Origin: Hormiphora californensis
Taxonomy: Eukaryota; Animalia; Ctenophora
DNA length: 64,000 nucleotides
NCBI GenBank assembly: GCA_020137815.1
Contig: CM035354.1
Coordinates: 2,852,001 to 2,916,000 of the forward strand
Direction of reading: 5' to 3'
The translations under genes and the position numbers were made by a program. The notes beneath the pieces were generated by a model. The model was given only the letters and a program-made list of their open reading frames with translations, did no database searches and had not been told where the DNA came from. This document shows positions 63,560 through 64,000 of the stretch, piece by piece; within the stretch, counting starts at the first letter, position 1; each line of letters opens with the position of its first letter.

Positions 63560-64000
63560 TATTTAATCCCCCTAGATACTATTTAATCCTCCTAATTACT
63601 ATTTACCCCCCCCCCCCCCTAATTAACCTCTACCCCCCCCCCCCACAGCCCGAGTAGTCTGGACACCAAGAAGAGGGATGTATTTCTCAGACCAGGCCGA
63701 GATATCACCCCCTAATTACTATCTAACCCCCTAATTACCCCCTAATTAACCCCTCCCCCCCCCACAGCCCGAGTAGTCTGGACACCAAGAAGAGAGATGT
63801 GTTCTCAGACCAGGCCGAAATATCACCCCCTAATTACTATCTAACCAGTAACCCCCTAATTACCCCCTAATTAACCCCTCCCCCCCCACAGCCCGAGTAG
63901 TCTGGACACCAAGAAGAGAGATGTGTTCTCAGACCAGGCCGAGATATCACCCCCTAATTACTATCTAACCCCCTAATTAACCCCTAATTAACCCCTCCCC
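63560..64000 (+). repeat. ~120-bp tandem array (at least 3 copies) of an apparent splice acceptor plus exon start
   Basis: Unit ctaattaacccctcccccccccacag|cccgagtagtctggacaccaagaagagagatgtgttctcagaccaggccgagatatcacccc. Runs off the window end. Confidence 0.75.

Overview
Eukaryotic (animal-like) genomic DNA with GT-AG introns, GA/GTTT microsatellites, MITEs and a LINE. The compact, repeat-laden style suggests a non-bilaterian invertebrate such as a ctenophore, but that is inference only. All gene models were built by hand from splice signals, reading phase and recalled protein family motifs. Bases 1-25020 hold six tightly packed genes, all on the minus strand: an SLC22-like MFS transporter, an intronless HSD11B1/DHRS7-like SDR with a 1-nt frameshift, a two-zinc-finger protein, two paralogous small Tyr/Ser/Asn-rich proteins, and WDHD1/AND-1, which runs off the left edge. 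Bases 26000-37900 are gene-poor and microsatellite-rich. On the plus strand follow a FLYWCH-like protein gene (37968-43257) and a BTB-BACK-Kelch gene (43696-56306). The most unusual features are: (1) repeated tandem duplication of exon/intron junctions in at least four genes, producing arrays of decoy donors or acceptors (up to about 24 copies); (2) an operon-like minus-strand cluster in which every ATG sits just downstream of an AG acceptor; (3) unrelated tandem repeats built on an RFX X-box-like palindrome; (4) an uncharacterised small protein family, one copy of which is interrupted by a satellite-filled TIR element whose target duplication forms a splice acceptor. Regions ~34300-36100 and ~40450-42900 look like poor-quality consensus sequence.
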